Source: an uncultured bacterium (GTDB taxonomy: Bacteria; Verrucomicrobiota; Verrucomicrobiia; Limisphaerales; UBA8199). From it: a DNA stretch of 64,000 nt. The position numbers were made by a program, and so were the translations under genes. The notes under the pieces were generated by a model. The model ran no database searches. It was not told the DNA's origin and worked only from the letters and a program-made list of their open reading frames with translations. Shown one piece after another: positions 10,263 through 20,641 of the stretch. Within the stretch, counting starts at the first letter, position 1. Each line of letters starts with the position of its first letter. The DNA lies in the NCBI GenBank assembly GCA_963749495.1, contig CAVVMW010000006.1:1120001-1184000 (forward strand), in the 5' to 3' direction.

Positions 10263-10607
10263 CTAAGATTCACTGGCCTCGCCGCTCCGTTCGGTGATTT
10301 CGGCGATGGCAGATTTTGTGATTTCCAACTTCGAGTCGGCGGAGCGCACGTTGAGGGTCTTTTCCTTGACGGTGATGACGACGGCGACGACGCCGCCGCT
10401 GGTGATGATCTTGTCCCCCGACTTGACCGTCTTGAGCATCGCGGCGTGTTCCTTGGCCTTCTTCTGCTGAGGCCGGAGCAAGACGAAATAAAACACGACA
10501 AACAACAGGAGCAGCGGCACCATCCCGGTCCAGGGAGGCGGCCCGCCCTGCTGGCCTTGCGGCGTCCCCGCCACCGCCAGCATCGCGCTGAGGTTTGTCA
10601 AAATCAT
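10263..10607 (-). CDS. yajC: Preprotein translocase subunit YajC
   Basis: FYFVLLRPQQKK..GDKIITSGG; directly upstream of secDF. Confidence 0.93.
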   Translation of the reverse strand: MILTNLSAMLAVAGTPQGQQGGPPPWTGMVPLLLLFVVFYFVLLRPQQKKAKEHAAMLKTVKSGDKIITSGGVVAVVITVKEKTLNVRSADSKLEITKSAIAEITERSGEASES

Positions 10608-10763
10608 ACTACTAAATGAGCCGTTAACTCTACGGAAGCAAGAACATTTGGCAAGCTTAACCGAACAAATGATTTTTGCCATCAATGATTTTGCCGATAA
10701 CGGTTCTGTTTTGCCTTCGAAAGAAGGTTGAAAATCGGCCGGGGTTGCCGCAATCTGGGGGCG

Positions 10764-11282
10764 ATGAACAAAGTCCCGGTGCGGCTTGTGGTGATGGCAG
10801 CCCTGGTGGTGATGGCAGCCCTGGTGTGGTTCCTCGGCTGCAACAACGCAGCCGGGCCGACCGCGTCCATGCCCACCCAGGCGCAGCCTAAACTGCAGAC
10901 CATGAAGCTCTACCTCGGGGCCTCGGAGATCGTCGCCGAACTGGCACTCACGGAAAGGCAACGGCAGACCGGGATGATGTTCCGCACGAACGTGGACGAG
11001 CGCGCCGGCATGCTCTTTCCCCTGCCCTACACCCAACAGGCCTCTTTCTGGATGACCAACTGCCCGCTCCCGCTCTCGGCGGCCTACATCGACCCCGACG
11101 GGGTCATCCTGGAAATCCATGACCTCCAGGCCAGCAACAATATCCCAGTCACTGCCGCGACCGACAATGTCCGCTTCGTCCTGGAAACCCCCGAGGGTTG
11201 GTTCCAACGCCACAACATCGGCCAAGGCACAGTCGTGCGCACCGAGCGCGGGCCGTTGATGCAGACGTTCTTCCCGCAGTGA
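10764..11282 (+). CDS. DUF192 family protein (probably exported or lipoprotein)
   Basis: ELALT..RQTGMMFR, GMLF, FWMTNCPLPL, VLE..GWF. Confidence 0.85.
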   Translation: MNKVPVRLVVMAALVVMAALVWFLGCNNAAGPTASMPTQAQPKLQTMKLYLGASEIVAELALTERQRQTGMMFRTNVDERAGMLFPLPYTQQASFWMTNCPLPLSAAYIDPDGVILEIHDLQASNNIPVTAATDNVRFVLETPEGWFQRHNIGQGTVVRTERGPLMQTFFPQ

Positions 11283-11303
11283 GCGCAGGGTGACCAGATC
11301 TGC

Positions 11304-13160
11304 GTGCAAGAGCCTGCCGATGCAAAGAAGCGTTTGCTGCCATTTCCATGGCCTTTACGGAGTCTGCCGGCCAGCGCGGTGGGCTTTCTTGCGCTGGGTT
11401 ATGCTTATGTCTGGCTGCGCCTGGGGCCTTCGGTCGAGTATGGGTCTGCGGGCGTGCCATTCTTCCTGAGCCGCTCGTTCTTCGGCCAATACGCCGCGCT
11501 TCCAGGGGGACTGCTCGACTACGCTGCCGCCTTCCTGGCCCAGTTGAACTACTACGACTGGTTGGGCTCGCTGGTATTTGCCGTATTGGGCTGCCTTTTG
11601 TTTTTGGGGGCCCGGGCGGTGTTTTGGCGCCTCAACGGGCTGGCCCCGCTCAGTGGAGGGTTCGTGCCGGTTTTCCTGTTGTTGTGGTTGCGGGGCCGGA
11701 GCGACGGCCATGCCCTGGCTGCGGGCGTGGGCTCGTCACTGGCGCTCTGGCTGGCCGCCGGCCACATGGGCCTGCCCTGCCGATGCGCGTGGCTGCGCCT
11801 GGCGGCCTGCTGGCTGGCCGCCGCGCTAATGGCCTGGGCAACGGGTCTGTGGCCTTGCCTGCTGTTCCTGGCGCTGGCCTGTGGGTTCGAGTTGGCGGCT
11901 GGTTCAAGGATAGTGGCGCTGGGCTCTCTTTTGGCTGCCGTGGCCGGCCCGTTGGCCATGATCGCTCTGGCCGGCCTGCCTGCCTGGCGCGTCCTGAACC
12001 CGTGGGGGACGGGAACCTCGTTGTGGCTGACTGCGGCCCTCTTCCTGTGCGTGCCGCTCACGGCCAGTGTGCTGGCGCTTCTGCCCAAGCCGCCGCCCGC
12101 CCCCGCACAGAGCGTCACCCGCAAGGGCCGCCACAAGGCGGCAGCCCCGGTCCCCTTCCGCCGGCGGTTGCTGCAGCCCGGCGTGAAACGCGCGTTCGCA
12201 ATCGGCCTGTTCCTGGCCGGATGGACGGCGGTGTGGCTTGGCCACAGCAATTGGCAAAGGGCCTTCGAGCGGATCGACTACTACGCCGCCCGCAAGCAAT
12301 TCGACAAGGTGCTGGCCGTGGCCGCCCCGCTGCCGGCCTTGGACGCCGCATCCGCAGTGCGCCTTCAACTGGCCCTTTACCATGCCGGCCGCCTCACGCA
12401 GGACCTCTTTGCCTTCCCCAACCACCTGGCCTGGAGACTGCTCCCCGGGCTCGATTTTGAACTGCCGGCCTGCCGCGCCCAATGCGACACGCTCATGGAA
12501 CTGGGACAGGTCAACGAAGCCGAGCACCTCGCCCATGAGGCCCTGGAACTGGAGGGTAACCGGCCCAACCTCCTCCGGCTGCTCGCCAGGGTCAATATTC
12601 TCAAGAATCGCCCCCAGGCCGCCGCAGTATTCTTGAACCTGCTGGCGCAGGCGCCTTTCCAGCGCGCCTGGGCCGCCGCCCGCCTGCGCAACCTCGACTA
12701 CGACCCGCGTTTGCCCGATGACCGCGAACTGGCGCTGATCCGGACGCGGATGGTGACGACGGACCTGCCTCACGACAGGGTGCCGGTCGAATCTTTTCTC
12801 CAGCAACTGCTCCAGTCCAACCCGCGAAACCAGATGGCCTTCGAGTACCTGCTGGCGCACTACCTGGTGACCCGCAACCTGGACCGCCTCATCAAGCAGC
12901 TCGGCCGCCTGGATGATTTCGGCTACACGGGCATTCCACGCCATCTTGAAGAGGCGCTCCTCCTCTACCAGCAGACCCGAGGCGGCCCAGTCGAACTCCA
13001 CGGCCGCCAGGTCCGTCCCGAAACCGTCCAGCGCTTCGCCCGGTTTACCCAGGCCCTCAACCGCGCCCGCCAAAACCCCGAGGAGCGCCACGCCCTTGAG
13101 CTCGAGTTCAAGGACACCTTTTGGCTCTATTTCTATACCCGGCCCATGGAGAACCAGTAG
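11304..13160 (+). CDS. Multi-pass membrane protein with helical C-terminal domain (DUF6057-like)
   Basis: N-terminal TM segments, PGGLLDYAAAFLAQ, NPRNQMAFEYLLA, TFWLYFY. Confidence 0.7.
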   Translation: MQEPADAKKRLLPFPWPLRSLPASAVGFLALGYAYVWLRLGPSVEYGSAGVPFFLSRSFFGQYAALPGGLLDYAAAFLAQLNYYDWLGSLVFAVLGCLLFLGARAVFWRLNGLAPLSGGFVPVFLLLWLRGRSDGHALAAGVGSSLALWLAAGHMGLPCRCAWLRLAACWLAAALMAWATGLWPCLLFLALACGFELAAGSRIVALGSLLAAVAGPLAMIALAGLPAWRVLNPWGTGTSLWLTAALFLCVPLTASVLALLPKPPPAPAQSVTRKGRHKAAAPVPFRRRLLQPGVKRAFAIGLFLAGWTAVWLGHSNWQRAFERIDYYAARKQFDKVLAVAAPLPALDAASAVRLQLALYHAGRLTQDLFAFPNHLAWRLLPGLDFELPACRAQCDTLMELGQVNEAEHLAHEALELEGNRPNLLRLLARVNILKNRPQAAAVFLNLLAQAPFQRAWAAARLRNLDYDPRLPDDRELALIRTRMVTTDLPHDRVPVESFLQQLLQSNPRNQMAFEYLLAHYLVTRNLDRLIKQLGRLDDFGYTGIPRHLEEALLLYQQTRGGPVELHGRQVRPETVQRFARFTQALNRARQNPEERHALELEFKDTFWLYFYTRPMENQ

Positions 13161-13169
13161 GTAGCGCCG

Positions 13170-13555
13170 TCCTCGGGCCCGAAATGTGACAGCCTGGGCT
13201 GGAGCCAGCCTGCGAGCGGAGGCCCAGGTCATCGGGCCAGAATCTGGCGCGCCCTGTAAAAATTCCCGGAACGAATTCGCGCTTTGCGCCCCTGAACCTC
13301 GACACTGCGTTCCCGTCCCGCGAAGCGTTTTGGACTGCCGCAGTCCTCTGCCGCTTTTGTGTCCCCTCGCTGCCGGCGCGAAAGCGGCAGAGGACTGCCG
13401 CAGTCCAAAACCTTCGGACTTGGTGTCGGTTCCTGGAGAGGGCGCCACAAGGTCCCGGCCTTACAGCCCAGGGCTTTTCGCGGGGCGCGGGCTTACCCGG
13501 GCCTCCGCTCCGCTCCAGCCCGGGCTATCACATGGCGGGCCTTCGGCCCTGGGGC
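13170..13555. repeat. Composite REP-like cluster including a GTTTTGGACTGC..GCAGTCCAAAAC element (13327-13411)
   Basis: Inverted arms seen directly; largely the reverse complement of 62960-63245. Confidence 0.85.
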
Positions 13556-13588
13556 ACATCTCGCCCCTCGCCCCCGGGTCCCTCCCTC

Positions 13589-13790
13589 TCACCCCAGCCT
13601 CGGGATGAGATGGATCTGCGGGGCCTTGATCAAGGCGGACACGGCATCGCCCTGGGGCCAGGGCCATCTCCTCTCGGGCCTGGCGCGTGAGCAACGCGGC
13701 GAGGGGCAAACCGCAGTCCAGGTACACGCGCACCATGGGGCCTTCCGGGGCCAGGCCGCAGACGCTCCCGGCCAGGCAGTTGACGAATGA
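13589..13790 (-). pseudogene. TOBE-domain fragment (ModC-like C-terminus), 5'-truncated
   Basis: NCLAGSV..EGPMVRVYLDCGLPLAALLTRQAREEMAL / GDAVSALIKAPQIHLIPR over two frames; no ATPase domain upstream. Confidence 0.65.
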
Positions 13791-13871
13791 CGAATGACGA
13801 AAAAAACTTTTGGGGTTGGACAGCCTTTGACCAACCCCCCCGCGTAGATTGGTACAAAAAAAAGGCTGATT

Positions 13872-14099
13872 ATGATCAATGGACAAATGGAACTGAGCCT
13901 CGTCAATGGCCGTGGCTGCCGCCCGCTGAGCCGCCGTCAGCGGCACCTGAGCCGTGCCCAGTGGTGGTTCGAGCGAATGCGCCAGGCGGTGGACCGGGCA
14001 GTGGACTGTGTGCCTGCCGCCCCGGCCCGCGCCCAGCAAGCCCTCTTGCCGGAGGCCTGCCGGCAGGCCGCCGCAGAACAACGCCAGATGTGCGCATAA
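13872..14099 (+). CDS. Small hypothetical protein
   Basis: 75-aa ORF, QMELSL..RAQWWFERMRQAVDRA; AAGG upstream. Confidence 0.6.
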   Translation: MINGQMELSLVNGRGCRPLSRRQRHLSRAQWWFERMRQAVDRAVDCVPAAPARAQQALLPEACRQAAAEQRQMCA

Positions 14100-14372
14100 T
14101 TGGAGGGCGCAGGACAGAATTCTTCCCTGCCGCCTGAAGGCGGCGTTCCACAGCCAACCGGAACGCCGCCTTTAGGCGGCAGGATTGGCGCTCGAATTGG
14201 ATTTCGTTCAATTTTGTGGTTGCATTCGGGGCCGTTTTTCCGTCATAAACAGGATTGTCCGGTGGCAGGACGTTTCTTCCGCGGGTTCCCCACCCTACCT
14301 CCTTAGCGTTTGCTGCCGGACGCCTCTGCGCGCATCCCGACATTGCCCCCGTTTGGCAGGGCGCACGAGTTC

Positions 14373-14488
14373 GTAGCGCAGGTTTCCAAACCTGCTGTAT
14401 CGCCGACTTCCAGTCGGCAGGGCGCAGGAACTCGCTGCGCCTGCGGGTTGGAAACCCGCGATACAGCAGACTTGGAAGTCTGCGCTAC
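14373..14488. repeat. GTAG-type REP doublet (GTAGCGCAGGTTTCCAAACCTGC..GCGCTAC); second copy at 39577-39711
   Basis: Nested palindromes, two copies in the window. Confidence 0.85.
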
Positions 14489-14576
14489 GGGGGCAGTGTC
14501 GGGATGCGCCCGACGCCGCTACACCTCTTGTCCTGGCCGAATATCATCAACAAACCGGCCAAACCATGGTTGAAGA

Positions 14577-16032
14577 ATGGCGGCTATGCCGCCGGAATTG
14601 AAACAGGAGTTGCTGAGGCGCATTCCGCCCGTGACGGAGTTGTTGAAGAGCGAGGCGGTGGCGCAGTGGCTCAAGACGCAGCCGCCGGGGCTGGTGACCG
14701 ATTGCCTGCGGGCGGCGGTGGCCGGCGCGCGGCGGGAGCTCCTGGCCGACGAGGCGGGCCGGAGCGGGCCGGAGCAGGTCAGCGCGGAGGTCCTGTTGGC
14801 GCGGGCGGGGGAGTTGCTGACGCAGGCGACCACGCCGCGCCTGCGCGAGGCCATCAACGCCACCGGCATCATCCTGCACACGGGCCTGGGCCGCGCGGCC
14901 CTTCCAGCGCCGGTCGTGGACTCCATCCAGCGCGGAGCTCAAAGGCTATACCACGCTGGCGGTGGACCGCGAGACCGGCGAGCGGATCGAACGCGACGAA
15001 CTGGTCGAGTACATCCTCACCGAGTTGACCGGCGCCGAGGCCGCCACGGTGGTCAACAACAACGCGGCGGCCACGTTGCTCGTGCTGGCGGCCCTGGCCT
15101 CGCACAAGGAGGTCATCGTCTCGCGCGGGCAGCTCATCGAGATCGGCGGTTCCTTCCGCCTCCCGGAGGTCATGGCCCAGAGCCAGGCGCGGCTGGTCGA
15201 GGTCGGCGCGACCAACCGGACGCACCTCAAGGATTATGTGAACGCCATCACCGCCGAGACGGCCTCCATCATGCGCGTACACCCGAGCAACTACCGCATC
15301 GTGGGTTTCACCACCCAGCCGGCGCTGGCCCAACTGGCGGAACTGGCGCATCGGCGGGGGCTCATCCTCATTGATGACCTTGGCGCCGGGGCGCTGGTGG
15401 ACCTCGAACAATTCGGGCTGCCGCACGAACCGACCGTCCGCCAATCCATCGCCGCCGGGGCCAACGTGGTCCTGTTCAGCGGCGACAAGCTCATCGGCGC
15501 CGGCCAGGCGGGCGTCATCGTCGGGCGCAAAGACCTCATCGAGCGGCTGCGCAAACATCCCTTGATGCGGGCGTTGCGCGTGGACAAGACCTGCCTGATG
15601 CTCCTGGAGCGCACGTTGCACCTGTTCCGCAGGACGGAGTCCCTCCGCCTTGAGCATCCGACTTATCGCATGATCTGCGCGCCGATGGAGGCCCTCGAAC
15701 GTCGCGCCCGGGATTTGACCGAGGCGTTGGCCAGGACCGCGCCCGCCGTCGCCACGCGCATCGAGAAGGCCGTGGCCTATCTCGGCAGCGGCTCCTTGCC
15801 CACCGAGGCGATCCCCAGCCTGGTGGTCACGGTGTCGGTCCCCGGCCTGAGCGCAGCCGAGTTGGCCCGCCGCTTGAGGCTGGACCCCGCCTGTGTCTTC
15901 GGCCGGATCGAAGACAACCGGGTCCGGCTGGACGTGCGGACCCTCACCGATGAGCAGGTCCCCCAAATCGCGGCGGCGCTGGGGCGAATCGCCCAAGGAG
16001 CATCGGGGGGAGGCAGGGGGCGTGAAACGTGA
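14577..16032 (+). CDS. selA: L-seryl-tRNA(Sec) selenium transferase; one apparent frameshift near 14930
   Basis: INATGIILHTGLGRA, VVNNNAAA, SRGQLIEIGGSFRLPEVM, EVGATNRTH, FSGDKL, HPLMRALRVDK. Confidence 0.95.
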
Positions 16033-16129
16033 AACGTGAAACGTGGAGGCGGGTCGTGAGGAATGCTTCATCAATATCCAGAGCCGAGCGTCGAGTGTCG
16101 AGCGTCGAGGGAGCGCGGTGCGGCCACCC

Positions 16130-16395
16130 GGGTGCGATCAAAAGCCTCGGGCATGCGCCTCGGGAGTTTTGTCCCGGAGGGACATCTGACAATAGCCCGG
16201 CGTTTCAACGCCGGGGAGGGCACAAAAGGGACCCTCGTCCCGAAGGGACGATTGAGAACACTCCTTGCTTTCAGCCGTCCCTGCGGGACGGACCTGCTCC
16301 TTGGGTCCCCCACCCGGCGTTGAAACGCCGGGCTATTGTCGGAAGCCCCTTCGGGGCAAGAAGGCGCTGTGGGTTGACCGACAGTTTTAATCGTA
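16130..16395. repeat. REP-like doublet (CCCGAAGGG / AATAGCCCGGCGTTTCAACGCCGGG); truncated copy at 47157-47235
   Basis: Inverted arms; flanked by heptamer runs at 16021-16045, 16085-16110 and 16405-16440. Confidence 0.8.
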
Positions 16396-16441
16396 CCCCG
16401 GCCGCGCTCGCCCCTCGCCCCTCGCCCCTCGCCCCTCGCCG

Positions 16442-18392
16442 ATGACCCCCGCCCGTAAGCACATCATGCTCGGCACGGCAGGCCACGTGGACCATGGCAA
16501 GACGGCCCTGGTCAAGCTGCTGACCGGATGTGAGACCGACACCCTGGCCGAGGAGAAGCGGCGCGGGCTGACGATTGACCTCGGTTTCGCCCCGTGCAAG
16601 CTGGCCGACGAGCGCGTCGTGGGCATCGTGGACGTGCCCGGGCACGTCGATTTCATCCGCAACATGGTCGCCGGCGCCCACGGGGTGGACGTAGTCATTT
16701 TCGTGGTGGCGGCCGACGACGGGATCATGCCGCAGACGCACGAGCACCTGCACATTCTCACCTTGATGGGGCTGCGCCACGGGCTGGTGGCGTTGACGAA
16801 GATCGACCTGGTCGAGCCTGAGCGCCGACAGGCGGTCATCGAGGACCTGCGGCAGTTGCTGGCCGGCACGTTCCTGGCCAACGCCCCGATTTGCCCGCTC
16901 TCGAATATCACGGGCGAGGGTTTTGACGGCTTCTTCGACGCGCTCAACCAAGTGGTGGCCTCGTGCGAGGAGCGGTCCAGCTCCGGCCTGTTCCGCCTCT
17001 GGGTCGAGGACGTGTTCACGATTCGCGGCCCCGGCACCATCATCACGGGCATCCCGACCCACGGCCGGGTGGCCGTGGGCGACACGCTGAGGCTGCTGCC
17101 GGAGGGGCTGGCGGGGCACGTGCGGGGGGTGCAGGTCTATGGCGCGGACGCCACCGAGGCGCGCGCGGGCGAGTGCGTGGCGCTCAATCTGCCGGAGATC
17201 GATCATCTGGAGGTCCGGCGCGGGATGCTGCTCAGCGCCTCGGCCGATGCGGCGCACGTCACGATGGCCGAGGCGGAGTTGCTCCTCCTGGATTCGGTCA
17301 AAGGCCAGCTCGATGACTTCGTCGAGGCCCATTTGCACGTCGGCACCGCCTCGGCCCTGGCCCGCGTGGCCATGCTCGAGACGACCGGGATGACCGCCGG
17401 GCAACGGCAGATGGTCCAGTTGCGCCTGGCCGGGCCTCTGCCGCTCATCCCCGGGGAGCGTTATGTCCTGCGCGCCAACCTGGCCTGCCCGGGACAAACC
17501 GGGCTGGTCACCGTCGGCGGCGGGCGCATCCTCGGAACCAGCAACGTCCGTCTCCGGCGCAAGAGACAATGGACCCTTGATGCCCTGGCCGCCCGGCGGG
17601 CGGTCCTGGATGATCAGGCGGCCTGGTGCGAACTGATGTTGCGCGAAAGCCGCAAGCCCCTTTCCTTCCACGACCTCCAAAAGCAATGCGCCCTGCGCCC
17701 GGAGGAGTTGACCGCCCTGCTCGATGGCCTGCGGGCCCAGGGCCGGGTCTTGCAGGTGCCGGGCGGCGGGCTGGCGCACCGGGCGGTAGTGGAAGAAACC
17801 GCCGGCAAAATCGCTCGAGGCCATTGCCTCCTTCCATACAGCCAATCCCCAGCGCGCAGGCATCCCCCCCGACGCCCTCTACGCCCAACTGGGTGAGACC
17901 CCGGAGATCTGCGGCCTAGCCGCGCAATCACTCCTGAATCGCAAGCAGATCGAGCGCCCCGGCCCGGTCCTGGCCCGCGCCGGTTGGACCGCCCGGCTCT
18001 CCGGCCATGAACAGGACCTGTCGGACCGGGTCGCCGCCGCCTTCCAGAAGGCGGGCTGGGCCGGACCCACCGCCGCCGAGCTGGCCGCCTCTCTGAACCA
18101 ACCGCCGGGCCGAATCGAGACCATGATTCGCCTGCTGGCAGAACGCGGCATCCTGGTGGGCCTGGACCCGCGCACCTTCATCCACCGAGATGCGCTCCAG
18201 GCCGCCAAACAAGTGGCCCTGGGGTTGTTTGCCAAAAAACCGTCGTTTTCCACCATGGAATTTCGCGATGCCCTCGGCGTCAGCCGCAAATACGCCGTGC
18301 CGCTTGTGGATTACCTGGACAGAATCCGGTTCACCGTCCGCTCGGGCCACGACCGCACGCCCGGGGTGGAGGCGAGGAAGGCACTCAAATAA
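16442..18392 (+). CDS. selB: Selenocysteine-specific elongation factor; one apparent frameshift near 17812
   Basis: GTAGHVDHGKT, EEKRRGLTIDLGF, DVPGH, TKID; C-terminal winged helix GVSRKYAVPLVDYLD in the next frame. Confidence 0.95.
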
Positions 18393-18704
18393 AACGGGTG
18401 CGCACATCATTTTATTGCGTTATGCTGTGAACGGTCGTCAGTTACCCCTCTCCATGAACCGAAGCAAAGCCCGCAAGGTTTTGGACTGCGGCAGTCCTCT
18501 GCCGCTTTCTCGTCCCCAGGATCCAAAAAGCGCCAGAGGACTGGCGCAGTCCAAAACGCTTCGCGTCGGCCCACGCCCGCCGCGTAATCCGGCGCACGCC
18601 AGCTTGGACGAATACTTGAAGCGCAAGCTGCACGACCCGGACTTTCGCGCGGCATACGCTGCCGAGGACAAACGCATCGATCTGGTGCCCAGAGCGGCCC
18701 GGGC

Positions 18705-20309
18705 ATGAAGATCGACCTCGCCAAACGCCGCGTGGTGATGGAGCGTTCGCAGCGCCTGGGGCATTGCATCTGTGATCCGCGCCGTCCGTGTCCTTGCGAT
18801 GTCTTCGGCGACCAGCACATCTGCCCCTGCGCGGGCGAGCGGCCGGAGCCGGCGGACTTGTCGCAACTGCGGCTCACGCAGCTTGTGCGCAATGCCGGCT
18901 GCGCCTCGAAGATAGCCCCCGCCGATCTCGATGCGGTCCTGGGGCGGCTGCCGGAAGTGAAAGACCCAGCGGTGATTTCCGGCCTGGCGGCGGCCGATGA
19001 CGCCGCCATCTACCGCATTGCCCCGGACCTCTGCCTGGTCCAGACGGTGGATGTGTTCACTCCGTGCGTCGATGACCCGCGCCTGTTCGGCCGCATCTGC
19101 GCGGCCAATTGCCTGTCCGACATCTACGCCATGGGCGGGGAGCCGCGGACGGCCTTGAGCGTTCTGGCCTTCCCGTCGGAGACGCTGGATGGGGAGATCA
19201 TGTACCAGATGCTGGCGGGCGCGATGGAGACCCTCTCCGAGGCGGGCGTGGCGCTGGTGGGCGGGCACAGCATCAAAGACGACGAGATCAAGCTCGGGTT
19301 TGCGGTCACCGGTGTAATCGACCCCGCCGTAGCGGCGGCGCTGGCCGCGCCGCGTCCCGGCGACCTGCTGGTGTTGACCAAGCCCCTGGGCACCGGCGTG
19401 CTGGCCTTCTGCCGCCAGGTCGGCCGCGACCACCCCGCCGGGTTTGCGGCCGCGGAGACCGCCATGGCCACGCTCAACCGCGCCGCCGCCCAGGCGATGC
19501 AAGCCGCCGGCGCCTCCGCCTGCACCGATGTCACCGGGTTCGGCCTCTTGGGCCACCTCCTGCGCCTGGCCCGCCAGAGCCAATTGACCGCCCAGGTCTT
19601 TGCCCGGGCCCTCCCCGCCTTCGATGGGGCGCTTGAGGCCCTGCGCGACGGGGTCATCCCGGGCGCCACCGAGCGAAATCGCGAATTTGTCAATGATGCC
19701 CTCTCAGTAGCCCCGGGGGTCGAGGAGGCGCTAGTCCACCTGGGCTGCGACGCCCAGACTTCGGGCGGTCTGCTGATTGCCATTGCCCCGGACCGCCTGC
19801 AGGACTTGCAAACCGCCTTTGCACAACGCGGGGTGAACTGTTTCGTCATCGGCAGGTTTCTCGAACCCTCCCAGGGCGGCATCCACCTCGTTGATTCCGC
19901 GCCGGACCCGGCCCTTCACGTTTCACGTGTCACGTTTCACGCTTCCCCCTCCGCCACCCCTGCCATGAACTCATCCTCCTCCCCCGCGTCTGACGCGCAC
20001 CCGGCCAATTGCTGCGCGGACATTTTCCAAGCCGCCGCCGCTCCCACGACGGCGCCGGAGGCCCAGCGTGCCTTCGGGGCCATGATGCGGGCGGTCCAGT
20101 CCGCCGGGGCGCTGGATGCGAAGACCAAAGAGCTGATCCTCTTCGGCCAGGTGGTTGGCAGCCGGTGCGGCCCCTGCCTTGCCGCGCATTACCAGAAGGC
20201 CATCCAGATGGGTATCACCCCCGCCGAACTGGACGAGGCCGCCTGGTGCGCCATCGCCATGGGCGGCGCGCCGGTCCTCATGTTCTACCAGGAACACCGG
20301 CCAAAGTGA
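18705..20309 (+). CDS. selD: Selenide, water dikinase fused to a Cys-rich N-terminal domain and a C-terminal AhpD/CMD domain
   Basis: AGCASK, DDAA, QTVDVFTP, ANCLSDIYAMGG, LVGGHS, TKPLGTG, TDVTGFGLLGH, DAQTSGGLL; C-terminal LDAKTKELI..CGPC. Confidence 0.93.
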   Translation: MKIDLAKRRVVMERSQRLGHCICDPRRPCPCDVFGDQHICPCAGERPEPADLSQLRLTQLVRNAGCASKIAPADLDAVLGRLPEVKDPAVISGLAAADDAAIYRIAPDLCLVQTVDVFTPCVDDPRLFGRICAANCLSDIYAMGGEPRTALSVLAFPSETLDGEIMYQMLAGAMETLSEAGVALVGGHSIKDDEIKLGFAVTGVIDPAVAAALAAPRPGDLLVLTKPLGTGVLAFCRQVGRDHPAGFAAAETAMATLNRAAAQAMQAAGASACTDVTGFGLLGHLLRLARQSQLTAQVFARALPAFDGALEALRDGVIPGATERNREFVNDALSVAPGVEEALVHLGCDAQTSGGLLIAIAPDRLQDLQTAFAQRGVNCFVIGRFLEPSQGGIHLVDSAPDPALHVSRVTFHASPSATPAMNSSSSPASDAHPANCCADIFQAAAAPTTAPEAQRAFGAMMRAVQSAGALDAKTKELILFGQVVGSRCGPCLAAHYQKAIQMGITPAELDEAAWCAIAMGGAPVLMFYQEHRPK

Positions 20310-20612
20310 TGCGTCGCGGAGCAACGCAGTGATGGTAGCCGTGGACCTCGGTCCACGGTTTGCGGCGTCCGAATCGTCGTGCGCCGCGTAGCAACGCCTG
20401 ACGGCTCCGCGGTTTTCAGGCGTCGCTACGCGACGCGATCGAGCTTGGGCTATAGGTCCGTGGACTCGAAGTCCACGGCTACCATCGGCCACCGCTACGC
20501 GGTGAGCAGGGCGTAGCGTGCGTCGCGGAGCAACGCAGTGAAGGTAGCCGTGGACCTCGGTCCACGGTTTGCGGCGTGGGAACGGCTGCGCGTCGCGTAG
20601 CGACGCCTGACG
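20310..20612. repeat. About 1.4 inverted copies of the 211-bp array unit, between convergent operons
   Basis: Same GGTAGCCGTGGAC and CGTCGCGTAGCGACG motifs as 5489-6753. Confidence 0.85.
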
Positions 20613-20641
20613 GCTTGGCGCTGGCCGATCTCATCCTGTTT

